Source: Phoronis australis (Eukaryota; Animalia; Phoronida). From it: DNA of 64,000 nt. How positions within the stretch are numbered: the first letter of the stretch is position 1; the number at the start of each line of letters is the position of its first letter. Below, one piece after another: positions 1-13,202 of the stretch. The notes under the pieces were generated by a model that saw only the letters and a program-made list of their open reading frames with translations, ran no database searches and was not told the DNA's origin. The stretch is from the NCBI GenBank assembly GCA_002633005.1, contig NMRA01000559.1:186001-250000 (forward strand), in the 5' to 3' direction. The position numbers and the translations under genes were made by a program.

Positions 1-2779
1 TATACATTACCATGCAGGCTCCTCAACAAATTCTATGCCGGGGGATAGTGTGTGTGTCAAGGGAAACTACCATTTTCGTCGTTTCAGTGTCTTGTTTGGA
101 GTTTTAATAATTTTAGTACCCTGCCCCTGCTCGGGTGGTATCTTGGTCTTCGAGAGAGCAACAGTATAAAGGTACAAGAGTATTCCGCGAATCAGTGTTA
201 AACCGCTCCGGCCCTCTTCGCAAAAGCTAATCCGTAGTCGCTTCAGTAGCGCCTGAAAGCGATTAAAACCGTAAAGCCTCTACAGAGACACAATCACGAA
301 ATTAAAACTGAAGAAACCAATTTTTCATATTTTTAAGATTGTTTACAGCATCTTCACCCAGAGAGTGCATTTTTCAGGAATTTTAAACGGTCCTTGATGT
401 ACGTGATGCTACCACACGGCTTCAGTGGGTTCATGTGTACATGGTGTTGCTGGAGAAAACGTAGGCCTACCGTGGTTTGTAAGCGGGCTGCTCCAAACGC
501 TCACTGACTCGTGTAAATGCTGCGCCTTCAGGTTTGGCATCACAGTCTGCCAAACGGCCATTACAAACATGTAATTCTGAGAAACTACTACAGGCCACGC
601 CCACCTAAGTTATTGTTGCAACGATCCCACAAGCGTAGTCAATATGGCGGAAGCTCTTTGAGAGCATACTACAGCAATTAACAGATGCTCTACGATATGT
701 AGGCTATTGAACATATTTCAATTGAAACTGTTTGGAAGAACTGACGGGTGGTTATTGTTTTGCACCTGGCCCCTATTAAATTAGTCGTCACTGCTGATGA
801 CTTTGTGTTGCCAACGCAGTATAATGGCCGCCAAAGGAATCCCTGTCCGTACTGTAGCCAATTTCACCAAAGAATCAAAATGTGACGACGTTGGATGAAA
901 ATTTCACCTCTGAAGAAATCTGACGTTTTGACACCAGGCCAAAAGTCTAATCTTTATATTCAAAATGTAATTCGAAATTGTTTTTGACATCTTCCTTCTT
1001 GCTTCAGTACGAGCTCAAGATAAGTGTCTGAGACTAGCAGATGAGTTTTACTAGTCCAAGGTCGCACTGGGTGACTCCTAGATTTGAGCAACAAAATCCA
1101 GGTAAAATTTTGAAATTTTGAGTCCAGCAGAGTGAAAAATGTCAAAAATAATTTCTAGCTTGATTCTGAGTTCAACAATCAGACCCCTGGCTCGGAACAC
1201 GATTTGTGGCCGCTTACAGAAAGAAAATGAGAACAGCGGTTGCCACGTGCTCGTTTCCAGTTAACCACTAACCATGTGGGAATCAAAACAACTCGGCATT
1301 TAATAAGATGACTTTTATTTTTAAAGATAAACATAAAAAATAAATAAGAAAAGGGTGTTGTACAAAAACTTAAAAGCTGCATCATTAATAACAAAAATAC
1401 AACATAAAAATAACAACTTAGGGCCTGTTTCCGACACTAAAGTCTTAAATTTAGTACTTGTTAATTTGCGCCATAAGGAAAAGGTCAAAAAACAAAGTTG
1501 GTTCTGTTACGAACCCCAACTCATTTCATGACCTGTGTTCAGCCATTAAAAAGAAGAAAACAGTCCCATCAATGTCTCGTTTTTTTTTGAAAAGCAGCAC
1601 AAAGGTAACTGTAGGCAAGGTTTAAAACGTTATGATTTGCCACGTGATGAGTTAAAAACAAACACCAAATACTTTTAGCAGTCTCCAACGGATTTTCTTT
1701 TTTGAAAACGAGAGTAACTATAGAAACTGCACCATCAACCTGATTTTCAAAAAAGGCCAGAATCAACTATGATTTTTAGCCTAATCTCAAAATAAGTCAC
1801 CATTTCACTACAAATAAGAGCAGCTGCTGGGAGTTTTTCCTTAACCTGAACTGAAGTTTCACTTCAACTTGCTTTTAAGCCAGAAAACAGGAAGTACCAC
1901 TGATTAGGAAAAAAAAAGATAGTTGGTCCTGGTCTGTATTTTTGGAAAATAGAGTTCGTGGTGATGTGTTCTGTGGCTCACCTTTCTCAAAAAGAAAATC
2001 CACCCGAGACTAACAAAAACGATTCGGCAAATCATGCTGTTTTAAACCTTGCTACCATGCCTTTGTGAAGCTTTTCAAAAAAAAAACAATTTTTTTAGAC
2101 CTTTGCTGAAACTGAGTAGGCGTTTTTAGTCTGTGAGCACAGTTCTCAAAACAAGCTGGTGTACAGACATAACTAAGCTTTTTGGCCTTGGCTTTTCACA
2201 GAAGTAAAAAGAACCAAAAAGCTCGCAAGTCCTTTAGGGAAACAGGCCCCAGCATAAAAACTAGAGGGAAACATAAAGAAAATGACATCAGGAACAGTGT
2301 ATAATAGAAAATAAATTTTATACAGTGACTGATAAAATTTGACTTTTTTAAGTAGAAACAAATCACTTAAGACTTCAAAGTAGTCATGCTATCAGGTGCA
2401 AATAGCGTCCACTTAGTTTCATCCCCGAAAATGACCAATTCATTCAAAACTTAGTAGTATCACTTAGTAATATGTGCTAGATCAATTTAGATGGTTACCA
2501 TGGAAACATGTGAAATTTGTTTTTTAGGATAAAAAATTGCAAATAAAAATAGGTTGCAACTTCTGTCATGACAAAAACTTAACATTCATTCACACAGGAA
2601 AGGTCACTAATTTAAAAACAATCAGCTGGAATTTAAGAAAAGTTTCATAAAATCTCCAGAAGAGCAATCAATACAAAGTTTGAAGTGTGCTCACAACTGC
2701 ATCACAGAATGTAGGCTTCTACAGGTGTTTATCAGTATCTAAAATATAAAACAAGGTCGTTGGGATTGGTACATAAGTC

Positions 2780-3720
2780 AAATCCGTCTGAAGCAATGTA
2801 AGTGCTCTCGTTTCCTTGGTAGAAACCTATTCACCAAATTTCGTGAACATCCATCAAAGAATTAGATATTAACTGGGACTATATTACTCCCAGATATTAA
2901 GTATAGTGCCACATGTAAAGAAAACTTAAATTGCCACTAGGGTATGCCTTAGTAGTCAAACTCGTCCCAAAATCAATGTCAAGCACAACGCCCCCACAAA
3001 TATATCAAATTTCATGAAGATCCATCAAGGAACTTGGTAGATATTGAGGTACAATCAAAAACAAATTTACCACTAGGGGGCATCTCAATGGTTTAACCCA
3101 TTCGAAAATACACGCCAGTCATGATCATGTCCATGGGAACACATCTGCAAAATTTCACAACGATATGTTTCAAGTCCTTTAACAGAGAGGCAGAAGCCAA
3201 AAGTGATAAAAAAGGTCACTGCAGAATATGTTGAATCCAACCAAAAAAAGAGAATGCATTGTATCCTTATAGAAACCTTTTTGCCAAATTTCATAAAAAT
3301 CCATCAGGGAACTTGGTACATATCAAGGCATATGCAGAGAAACGCTTAATTTCAACTAGGAGGCACCACAATAGTTCGACCAATCAGCAACTGAACGTCA
3401 GCCATGCACGCTCACCTGTACAGAAACACACATGAAATTCATAATGATTCTTCAAGCAAATTGATAGATACAAAGAATGCCAAAAAGAGATGCAAAAATG
3501 GAAATTAGAGGTCAGTGACAGATTACATAGAATCCACCTGAAAACTGGAAGGTGCTGCCATCTATAGGCCAAGTTTTATGAAAATTCATCACAGATCTCA
3601 AATTGCCAATAAGGGGCACAGTGGTAGTCGAATATGTCCGAAAATTAGCTGACCCATCCATTATAGGGATAGGTCAGCAAAATTTCACGTATGACCATCA
3701 AGGGGTTGTGGACAAAAATT
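2780..3720 (-). repeat. Degenerate tandem core units of a related HINE-like family, reverse orientation
   Basis: Repeated CAAATTTCATGAA..ATCCATCA and CCACTAGGGGGCA motifs at about 140-bp spacing. Confidence 0.55.
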
Positions 3721-4221
3721 CCCAGATGAAACCTATGATCATATTTATATTGAATCATTTAAACATGATTGAGTTCTGCCAGAATGGCTAGTACGCAATT
3801 CTTTATCTATTTAGCATACATTTCATGACAAATTTTTCAATAAAAATAAAGAACATGATACCGTACTATTCTCATGATTTTTGTGTTCAGTTACATTTAT
3901 CAGATTATTCGCAAGGAATGTAGCTAGCAATTTGAAAATAGTAAAATGTTGGCAATTATCTATTGCAAAATAAATGAAGAATGGTAATACAATAGCCCTA
4001 TTTGCATATTCCTAGCAACAGAAAAGCATTAATAATAATTAAAGTAGCTTTAGCTTAGAAGGCATTGAAATAAATAACAAGGGATTGTAAATTAAAAGGA
4101 CATCAAAACCAGTTTTGGCTTGTAGACAAATATCAACGACATTATCATCCAACTCTCTGAAACAAAATAACACTCAGTAATGCTCTTTAAGCCTAGTTAA
4201 CCCTCAAAGTTTGGAGCCCAG

Positions 4222-4428
4222 CATGCGGGCACCCAGGGGGCAAAAAGGTCCGCCTCTGAGAAACAAAAAGTTCGAGAAAATGAGACAAAAGTCCACAAAA
4301 CAAGCACAAACGTGCAACTCACAGTGGTGCCCCCCGTTCTTTTTAGTCAGCCTGCTTTTTTGTTACCAAAAGGTCCACAAGGTCAGGAATTCGAGCCCCC
4401 CCCATATTGAAGGCTGGGTGCGTGCATG
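4222..4428. mobile_element. Small MITE-like element
   Basis: TIR CATGCGGGCACCCAG / CTGGGTGCGTGCATG (13 of 15 match). Internal AAAAAGGTCC repeats. No clear TSD. Confidence 0.5.
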
Positions 4429-4800
4429 CACCCTACAAAGTGTGCTAATGAAGCAAATGCAACCTAAGTTGCAGGTGAGTTACACAACTAAACCATTCTG
4501 TGACACGGTGGGTAGGTTTTTCATTTAATTTTGCTTCTGCCAGTCAAGTGAGATGCTAATGGTGCATTAGCAGGGGAAAAGGTGAGGATTGGTTGAAATC
4601 ACTAAAACTGGGTTTAGTATCCTTTTAACAAAGTTATTGCACATTGAATGCTGTATGTGTGACTGCTCAATCATGAGTCATAAACAAACGTTAATGGAAT
4701 GATCGCGTCAGTGTCGATTCCCGGTGACTTCACAAGGGTATTGCGTCAGTCAACCGAGAAAAATGAAGAAAAATATTGACCACAACCCACTAACGAACCG

Positions 4801-5128
4801 TTATTGGTAGAACTTCCTTTTTACATTACTCTGTTTATGCAAACACTTGACAAGAATTCGTTCGCTGACTCGACCATCTGGCATGTGCGTGTGAAATATA
4901 CTAGCGCACGTCTGGTAACCGTACTTCTCGAAAAAGTTGCTGAGCTTCTCCTCCAAGTCTTCGAACAGAACGATGTGACTCGGCTTTCCTCGGCCCTTTG
5001 GGTAGACCTTCTTCAGCCATTTGTTAGGCGTATTGTAGAACTTGTCCGCCTCGTCAGTGTAGTTCTCCCGTCGGTCCAGATTGGGCTCACAGGTCAAGAA
5101 ACGCATGCTGATGTTCTGGTGAACATAA
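4801..5128 (-). CDS. PIGB: PIGB last coding exon
   Basis: SYVHQNISMRFLTCEPNL...DEADKFYNTP...SHIVLF...FHTH, then TAA. TTTCAG acceptor, frame continuous from exon 6. Confidence 0.93.
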
Positions 5129-5654
5129 CTGAAATGCACAAAAATGACTGTTGGGATTGAGAAACAACCCGTGACTGTACTAGAGAAATCAAATTTTGAT
5201 GATGTATTCACTCACGGCACAGAACATTTTTAGTTGGATTTTTAAGGATAAGTGGCCTAGTTTTGATTTTGTTTTCAGACTGCTGAACGGAACGGAACAG
5301 TTTTAAGCAAGTTCAATGGGATCAATAGTGCTTTCCTGAATTGAACTCTACTCTGTCATGAGGCAGGAAAATGTATTGAACGACTGAGGTAGTTAACGAA
5401 ATGCCACTTCGTTGGAGTGGACTTGGATGCGCAAAGAGCAATACACTATTAAGCACTCCCAGGTATTTGTCAAGTATGTCATTCAATGTGCACCAGAAAA
5501 AAACTTTGAAAGCATTGGAATAGCAAATACAGTCATAAACTTAATAAATGTCTGAGAAGTAGAAACTGACACGATTGCTAGTAACCCGAAAACAAGTATA
5601 ACAAACGTCCAACAGTCAAGACCTGACTTCCCACAGAGGAAAGCCTGCACGCAC

Positions 5655-6002
5655 CTGTAATATGGTGTAGAGTGGCAGGGCATAAGGAACAACGCACTCA
5701 TGTTGGGGTTCTTATTCGCCTCCACGCTGACATACTTCATGACATCCACCGCACCGCGCTGGTGTAACAGACTACTATACAGCATGATCGGGACGTTGGT
5801 GACAGCTAGCGCCACCAAGCAGTAGTGAGCGAGACTAGTGGTGTTGACGTTTTCATACACGGGGTCGTCAGACTTCTTGGTCAGACTTCGCAGGGCGTCT
5901 TTAATGTCCATCTTGTGCAGGTAATACAGATAACGTCCACAGAAGTGCATGGCCATGGGTAGAATGGGAAACAGGAAACGGAACTCCTTGTGTGGCAACA
6001 TG
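5655..6002 (-). CDS. PIGB: PIGB coding exon 6
   Basis: SMLPHKEFRFLFP...LHQRG...FLMPCHSTPYYS, the GT22 family 'HKEFRF' and 'LMPCHSTP' motifs. CAG acceptor, GTGCGT donor. Confidence 0.95.
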
Positions 6003-6853
6003 CTGTGTGGATAATAATGGCATTATACAGGCATTATACAGGCATTATACAGTGAATGAAGACATAAATACATTACCAGAACTATTAATCTCATTGTTAT
6101 AAAATTACTGTATAACGTAGTCAAACCAGTAATTCATTGACGTTTCGATACATTATGTATATATCACCACTTGTGATAATTTATGAGATGTACATAATGC
6201 AACGTGATGCCAATATTCAGCTGTTATTTGTTCTGTGACTGACACTATGTTGATGAAGATATAATTATGCACAATATATACCCCCATTGGCGTGATGGTA
6301 TCAACCCTTAGCGATTATAAGACAAGACAAGACAAGACAAGAAAGTAACGTCAATGAAATGTTGTGTCTAGTCTGTCTTCAAATCCCTGTTATTACTGAT
6401 TGAAGTCAAAAGCCAAATGTTACTATACTTAGCCTTACATATTAGTATTACATATACTGATGTAATACTAATATTGTCATCATGATTGTTATTATTACTA
6501 TTATCATTTATAAATATAACTGCAATAAGGAGCTTATAACTAAGCACTTGACAAAATTGTCAATCCATGTTTTCCAGTGTGTTACTGACAGCTAATGAAA
6601 CGAGTAAAAATCTGCCCTCAGGGGTAGTGGTCTTGATTTGATACAGCATCACGGTCTTTCAGGTGTAAACACACAACAGGTTAGCTATCATCATGGCTTT
6701 TAAGTTTAAAAACATGTTAAATTTAAAAAATAAGTAAACCAGTCAGACTATAGCCAGAGAAAAATTTTGATGTCATAAAACTCCTCTCAAAGACACCCTG
6801 AGACATAACAGAGCAAAAACAAGAATACAAAACCGTAGTGCCCAATACTCTAC

Positions 6854-7111
6854 CTGAACACAATCACCATAAAGATGAGCACAGGTAACAACCGTGGCTC
6901 CATGAATCTCCTGACCGAGGCGCAAAACGGAATGAAGTGGGGTCCCAGGATGGCGGGGAGTCCCTGGGTGAGGTACCAATGAGTGGGGTGGGTCCCATAG
7001 ATGGAGCTGATACCGTGGCCGATGTTGAACTTGACAAAGTTGTATGGCACAAGAGTCCATGTGCCGTAGAACACACGGTCTATGCAGGCAGAGAGACCAA
7101 AGAAGACCAGA
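6854..7111 (-). CDS. PIGB: PIGB coding exon 5
   Basis: IDRVFYGTWTLVPYNFVKFNIGHGISSIYGTHPTHWYLTQGLP. TTTCAG acceptor, GTAGAG donor. Confidence 0.93.
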
Positions 7112-8160
7112 CTGAAACGCAACACGACTTCAATTTACTATACATCTACAGTAAAATCTCACCAATTTCAAACAATAATAATTGTTAAAACTGCTATTTT
7201 TCATTTTCAAAGGATTCAAACACAGTCGTGAATGCCTAAAACTTTTCAAAACTTCGTAAGATGGTAGGTGTTGTACAAAACTTGAACAAGGAAATGCATT
7301 TTAGTAAAAGTGATAAAATAACATTTCACTAATAGCCATATTGTATTCAAACATGGGAAGACTTTACTGGACATTTTCTTAATATTGCACATGTAAACTA
7401 GCCCTCTGAAAAAACTTACATCCGATTAACGTTTCTCACCACCATAAAACTGGCCTCAACTTTACTCCATACTCGAGTAAGAAGTGAGACCTGAGATTAA
7501 GAAAAACTGAAAGCTTGATATCTTGCTTGACACCAGGCTCAATAAGTTGCCTTGACCTAACACTGAGTCTGACATTAATCAATGACAGAGCTGTCAATCC
7601 TTCCAAAGCCCCGATATCACTTCTAGTGTGAGAAAGGAAAACACTGACACCAGTTCTACAAAAGCAAGTGACCTATTAAGGTTTTGACAAAAGACGGATT
7701 TACAGTAAGGTACAGTCACAACTGCACTTGTCCTCAATGATTCTGATGTCAAAAACAAACCGCTTACCACTACAAAATTGACCTCAATTTTTATCAGATG
7801 AAAAGTTATTTCTGGGCTTGAGATGGACCGACTAATTGCTGCTGAAGACAGACGCCAAAAAGCCGCAATTCATTTGAGGCAGCCACTACCAAATACTAAA
7901 TTGCAGACAAAGGAAATATGGCAACTGAAGAGTCAAAGAATTGTCACACATGAAATTACATGAGCGTCACTTCAAAGCCATGGCTTCAGAAGCCAATGGC
8001 CCTGTTCAGTCCACACTTGCCAAATGAGGCAAAGAAATCGGGATCAAATCGTTGGTCAAGGCATTCACACGAGTGGCATTATTAACGCACACGAAACAGT
8101 TCTCTGCATACTAGATGCTATGTTGCAACACAAGGGTAATTGTTATTAGATGGCACTCAC

Positions 8161-8310
8161 CCGACAATAATATATGTCTTCAGCAAGTGCTTCCACCAGT
8201 GTCGATGAACCAACAGGTGACACAGACATAGAGGGAGCCACATGACAGCGGCCGTGGGACGGACGATGACAGCTAATGCAGCCATAGAAATGAACTTCCA
8301 TGAGGCATCT
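8161..8310 (-). CDS. PIGB: PIGB coding exon 4
   Basis: DASWKFISMAALAVIVRPTAAVMWLPL..., conserved 'RPT'. CAG acceptor, GTGAGT donor, phases 2/2. Confidence 0.92.
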
Positions 8311-8807
8311 CTGTGACGGCAATAAAACTGAATCAACAAGATGAACACTGTATTCAATCGAGCACTTCCGCAGCATGGTTCGGGTAGCAATTAGAAAACG
8401 AAAGCCAATCAAATAGACTTTACTTTCGTCAGTTTTAAGCTTCAGTTTAAAGTCACTTGGATGTACGTTGACACAATCATTCGACAGTTACATGTTTAAG
8501 AATGTCTGTAAAATAAAGCTTAAAACTGAAAGTCTAGGAACATCACCTGGTCGTTTTGGTTCTAACTGACCCCTTCTCTATACACCTTATTTGGGGTGTT
8601 GCCATTTTAAAAGTGAGCCTCTTTTTAGGTTTAAGCCTCGATATATTTATGTCTCAAATGCATTGTTTTTTAAACCTAAAAAGAAGTTACAGCCTGAATA
8701 ACGTACACAGGGGCTGTCAAATACCAAGTTGAAATAATTAGAGAATAAACTGACTTCACAGAAACAGAAATAAATGTGGCACTATAAGGAACACTGTCTC
8801 TTCATAC

Positions 8808-9034
8808 CTTGCGCGGAATGTCCAAGGGTAGTAGTACAATCCTACAATGGAGATAGCCGTCTCAGCAGAGTTAGTTAAGGTACGGGGTGCACAGTAAAAT
8901 GTGAACCACGACGTCAGTTGACAGACAAGGGTCCACTGAGCCACCTTGTAGCCAGCGAGTCGAGACGAGAATTTATATAGATAGTAATCCCCAACAGCCG
9001 CCAGGGTACCCTGTAGGAGACGGGGGACGCGAAT
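8808..9034 (-). CDS. PIGB: PIGB coding exon 3
   Basis: IRVPRLLQGTLAAVGDYYLY...SWFTFYCAPRTLTNSAET...YYYPW. TTTTAG acceptor, GTATGA donor. Confidence 0.93.
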
Positions 9035-9269
9035 CTAAAAAAACAAAGTTTAAGGAGCAATTACTAATAATGTAGTCATTTTGCATTCAATTAAGAACCA
9101 AAATACAACACCTGATTTATGGACCATATGGTTTGCGACTGTGGGATATGGAAATCCAACGACTTACTTGATATTCTCCAGGTGAAGCTAATGATAGCAG
9201 TGATTTTGCTGTGGACATGAGCTAATTCAGAGAGCTTGTTAAGGTGACACATACCTACAGCTGCCAAGG

Positions 9270-9720
9270 TGCCACTTAGTGACACTTAACTGACATTAGA
9301 GAGATTTGCATGACTTTAGTAAGACTTGAGTGACATTGGGGATACTTGAGTGACATTAGTGATATTTGACTAACATTACAGTCACTTGAGTGACATTAGG
9401 GATACTTGAGTGACATTGGACTAACAATACTGTCACTTGAGTGACATTAGGGACACTTGAGTGACATTAATAATATTTGACTAACATTACTGTCACTTGA
9501 GTGATATAAGTGACACTTGAGTGACATTATTTACAGTTGAGTGACCTAAGTGACAGCTGAAACCATATTAGTGACATTTAATTGCCAGTGACAAATGGGG
9601 TGACAGGGATACAAAACATGTTATAGCACACTTGAGAGACACTTGAGTATCAAGAATCAATAGCATGTTATAGCACACTTGATAGACACTTTAAGTATCA
9701 ATAATCAAGAACATGTTATC
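9270..9720. repeat. Minisatellite in a PIGB intron (about 20-bp CACTTGAGTGACATTAG units, then about 46-bp units)
   Basis: Directly visible tandem units. Confidence 0.85.
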
Positions 9721-9880
9721 CGCACACGAATCTCGGACATATTAGTCCAAAATTTTTAAAATTTGATTTGAAAAAGTTGTTAGTTCTATCGATGCAGACA
9801 AAGTGCTGTATTACAGACTAAGGTGCAAAGCTCCAACACAGGTTGGGTAGTTGTGAACTGATTGCGCGAGATCTACTTAC

Positions 9881-9998
9881 AATGAGGATTCTGTAGTCTA
9901 AATGTAATATCTCTAGAAGTTTGAAGATGAGAGCAAATACTCCTGGATATGTGTAGCCTCGCAGACCATTCTTCCACTCCCAGGTCTCATAGCCATAC
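9881..9998 (-). CDS. PIGB: PIGB coding exon 2
   Basis: YGYETWEWKNGLRGYTYPGVFALIFKLLEILHLDYRILI. AC acceptor with TTCCTTGAC branch site, GTAAGT donor, frame consistent. Confidence 0.93.
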
Positions 9999-11072
9999 GT
10001 AAATATTGTCAAGGAAAGCTAAATAACACTTTTTAACCTTACACATCAAATCCTGAATTTTATTTTTAATTGGTAATTTTCCAATAAATATAAATGTAAA
10101 ACATCTTGGTACAGAATGCCCTAGACACACTTTAGATGAAGGCCTGGTATGCAAAAGACTGAAACACATTTTGTGTGGTTGAGTAAACTGGGTCATAACT
10201 TACATTTTATGAAATGAGAAAGAAGGAATAGTTTTAGTTGTTTAGGCATGAAACCTGAAACCTCCTCGTATATAAACACACACATGCACAAACTAACATC
10301 TTTTCAAAACGTGTTGGAACACTTTTCCTGCACAAAGCCAAAGCGGCATCATTCGTGGGAGGCATATGCTCAATTGCTTACGGGTCGCAGGACATGCGCT
10401 TGTACGTACTCTCCATACGGCTGTAATTTTAGAGTATAATTAGCCATGCGTCAAGTCATTTGATCACATGAAGCTTCGTGCAATAAGAGGGCAGCGTTTC
10501 AGGCAGCACTGTGTGCAAACTAAGCTGTGCTGGGAAGCCACAGTCAAGTGTAATTGCTGTGTAGCAGTGGCTGTATTGCTTGTGTTGGAGACCCTGGTTT
10601 TCCATTTTCAAAAACAGAGAAATTCATTATAGCAAACATGAAATTCAGTTTAATTTATAAATGATCAAATTACGTTTTATTATCTCAAAGTAATAAATAA
10701 GGTAAAAATGATCTGTGAATTGCCTTGCCTTTTCTGCTGAATTATGCCGCAACTCTGATTTACTTGTTTCTCAAAACCGAAAATGTACAGAACCACCTTC
10801 AGAAAGAATGAACATCTCTGCTGCAAAATGATCATCGACTTGTCACTAGAAGATATATAAGTTCATTGATTTACTTTTTTATTTTTAATTTTTGGTAATT
10901 TACAAAAATAATTAAAACTATGCTTATCTGCTACTGAAATATGGAATCTCTGTTCGAAATCTCTACTTCCATGAAAGACCTCAGATTGCTTGAGTTCTGT
11001 CCACTTTCTGTTTTGGCGGGAAACCAGGGTCTATACTGTGACTTGCATAAGATTATGCTTTAAAAAGGATAT
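9999..11072 (-). other. U12-type (minor spliceosome) AT-AC intron of PIGB, 1074 bp
   Basis: 5' end ATATCCTTT. Branch site TTTCCTTGAC (10017-10008) lies about 10 nt from the terminal AC. Removing the intron joins MAF-G-YGYETWEW in frame. Confidence 0.93.
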
Positions 11073-11479
11073 CCAAAGGCCATCTTGTGAGCCACCTCGA
11101 GAGACTGCCAATATTCGTCTGGGACGTACGATGTTTGAATCAACAGAGAATTGATCAGTCTGAATGCCAGCAAGGACAAGAAGAGGCCTTTTGGTGACAT
11201 CATCAAACGACCCCACACCGTGTTCTCTATACCGTTGTCGGGCACGTCACCCTCAATTTCACTCTCCGTTTGAGTACTCGTTCCGCCATCATCATCATCA
11301 TCACTGTCTTCAAAGAACCACCTCCACTTCCTACCGTCTTTTCTCGTTCGTTTACGTTTACACTTTTGTTTGTTTTTGCTCTCATTTTCAGGCGAAAGCT
11401 TTCGCCGTCTCGACGTTGCAGAACCAACGCATTTCTTTGCAATTTTAGCAACTTGGCGCCCAACAAGAATGTGGAACAT
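11073..11479 (-). CDS. PIGB: PIGB (GPI alpha-1,2-mannosyltransferase III), first coding exon (ATG at 11479, acceptor just upstream of 11483)
   Basis: Encodes ...LLAFRLINSLLIQTSYVPDEYWQSLEVAHKMAFG, the conserved PIG-B/Gpi10 'PDEYWQSLE' motif. Ends at a U12 donor ATATCCTTT. The start codon is inferred. Confidence 0.85.
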
Positions 11480-12789
11480 TTTCCTGTAATAAAGCCTGGA
11501 AGAATGAATGAAATGACTCACTAGATTGCAACTCTCAAAAATTGGAATTACGATAAACATTCTCCAGAAAAATCAATATTGAGCTCAAGCCCAGAGCTGG
11601 TACCAAATTTTAGAAATAAATAAATTGGTCATCCAAAATTCAAGAATTACCAAAATGTGGTACTGGCTACATGAACTTCAATTTTGCAGTTATATTTTTT
11701 CAGATGTCAGTCAAAAACATCGCCGCCTTTGTTTACGAAATCTAGACTCCATTGATACAAAATGCAAGGGTCCGATATTTGAGGAACATGATGATATTAC
11801 GGACCATTCTCCTGGAGAGTAAAAATCAAGAAATTCCCACTATCGACATCTAATCTAGAGTCATGCTCAGTTAAACTTGTCCTTCAAGCCTTTTGTGTTG
11901 GTACACACATACTGTGTGGTTAAGCTGGTCGGAGCTTACAGTCACACAAAGGAATCAACAGGTGAAAGTTAAGTCTAATTTCTCTGAAAGTCAACCGTTT
12001 TTCTCCATTCGGAGGTTTTTGGTGAAAGTATTTCATACAAAACACATCTGCTTCACGAAATTTGTTGAAAGTCATTTGCGAATAGTATTTTTAAATATCG
12101 ATTACCGTGAGGCGCACAGTTTACAACTTAATTGCTGGATTATGTGAGCTTATCAGATGAAAGCAGACACCAAGAGAGCTGGACTGAGTAAACATTGGTT
12201 TGCCACTGTCAAACTAATAACAACACGGCTGTATTCTGACTGGCCCAACAGTCAGTCAGGATAATCATTTCACAACGCGGATGAGTAACGAGCATGCAAA
12301 ACAAAAAATGCCCATGCACTTCAAAACCAAAATTAAATTTTTGATGTCCCAAACTTTTGACCTCCCAAGCTGGATAACTTTTACTGTAGCATTTGAACTT
12401 CATTGCTGGTTTCAGTAATAAGGAGCAAACAGGTGACTCGTAGCACAATAACTAGGCAAATTAGAGGCAACTGTGGAGGGCAAGCATCAAAAAATTATAA
12501 CAGACGATCAACACCATACTGACCCCTTAACATTTTTGCTGAAAAAACAGTACAATAATTTAATTTTAACTGCTCGTACTCGGTTTAATAACCCCTTGAT
12601 TTTTGAAAATGTTACATTAGAGATGGACTTTCTCAAAACAAGACAAAAACACTGTCACTCACTGATCAGTACAAAGCCACACACAGGCTAAATTAAATAC
12701 TGAGTAAAGTGCCAGTGATCAGTCTCAAGATGTGACACTCTGTCAAAGTTTTGGATTCACGAATGAAAGCTTAAAGGGCAAATATAAAA

Positions 12790-13106
12790 GTTCACCTTTG
12801 TCCTCCTGTGCACAGAAACTGCCAGTCTACCTTTTGACGAGCAAATACCTGAGGAAAGTATTGATTTCTGGAGTACCCTTTCTGTTCAGTGCTACAGCAG
12901 ACGGAAGATAAAATCCAGCACAAAACATTAGTTCGAAAACAAAATCCTGAAAATATTGAACAAAAATTCATCTTAAAAAACTTCATGCACCTAGAATGGC
13001 AATTCAATGTGTAAAAATACAAAATAGCAATGTTATAGATAAACAAAAAAGGCTTTTGGACCAGATTTAAGATAGGTCGAAATGTTTTTACTTCTCCTTC
13101 ACAACA
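12790..13106. promoter_or_regulatory. Probable bidirectional promoter region shared by PIGB and OXCT1
   Basis: Divergent start codons lie about 1.6 kb apart (11479 minus, 13107 plus). The PIGB first coding exon begins at an acceptor, so an upstream UTR exon is needed. Candidate minus-strand donors lie near 12795-12850. Confidence 0.5.
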
Positions 13107-13202
13107 ATGGCGGCCTCCTTGGTGAAAGGGTTGCGAGGTCATATGCTGTCTTACAGTGCTTTACGAGCTTGTAAACATAAGGTGTTTACACCTCTTGCCC
13201 AG
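13107..13202 (+). CDS. OXCT1: OXCT1/SCOT exon 1 (mitochondrial transit peptide)
   Basis: acaATGGCG start. MAASLVKGLRGHMLSYSALRACKHKVFTPLAQ is basic with no acidic residues. CAG|GTTAGT donor in phase 0 matches exon 2. Confidence 0.75.

Noticed and set aside
1-960. CpG-richer stretch with CCACGCCC and ATGGCGG motifs as a gene start
   Set aside because: The ATG is followed by a stop within five codons and no exon chain was found. It cannot be separated from a repeat.
4804-7188. Plus-strand and alternative-frame ORFs overlapping PIGB exons
   Set aside because: Shadows of the real coding frame with no recognisable motifs.
11480-11560. N-terminal part of the 166-aa ORF as PIGB coding sequence
   Set aside because: It lies mostly upstream of a good acceptor (TTATTACAG at 11484) and is probably intron.
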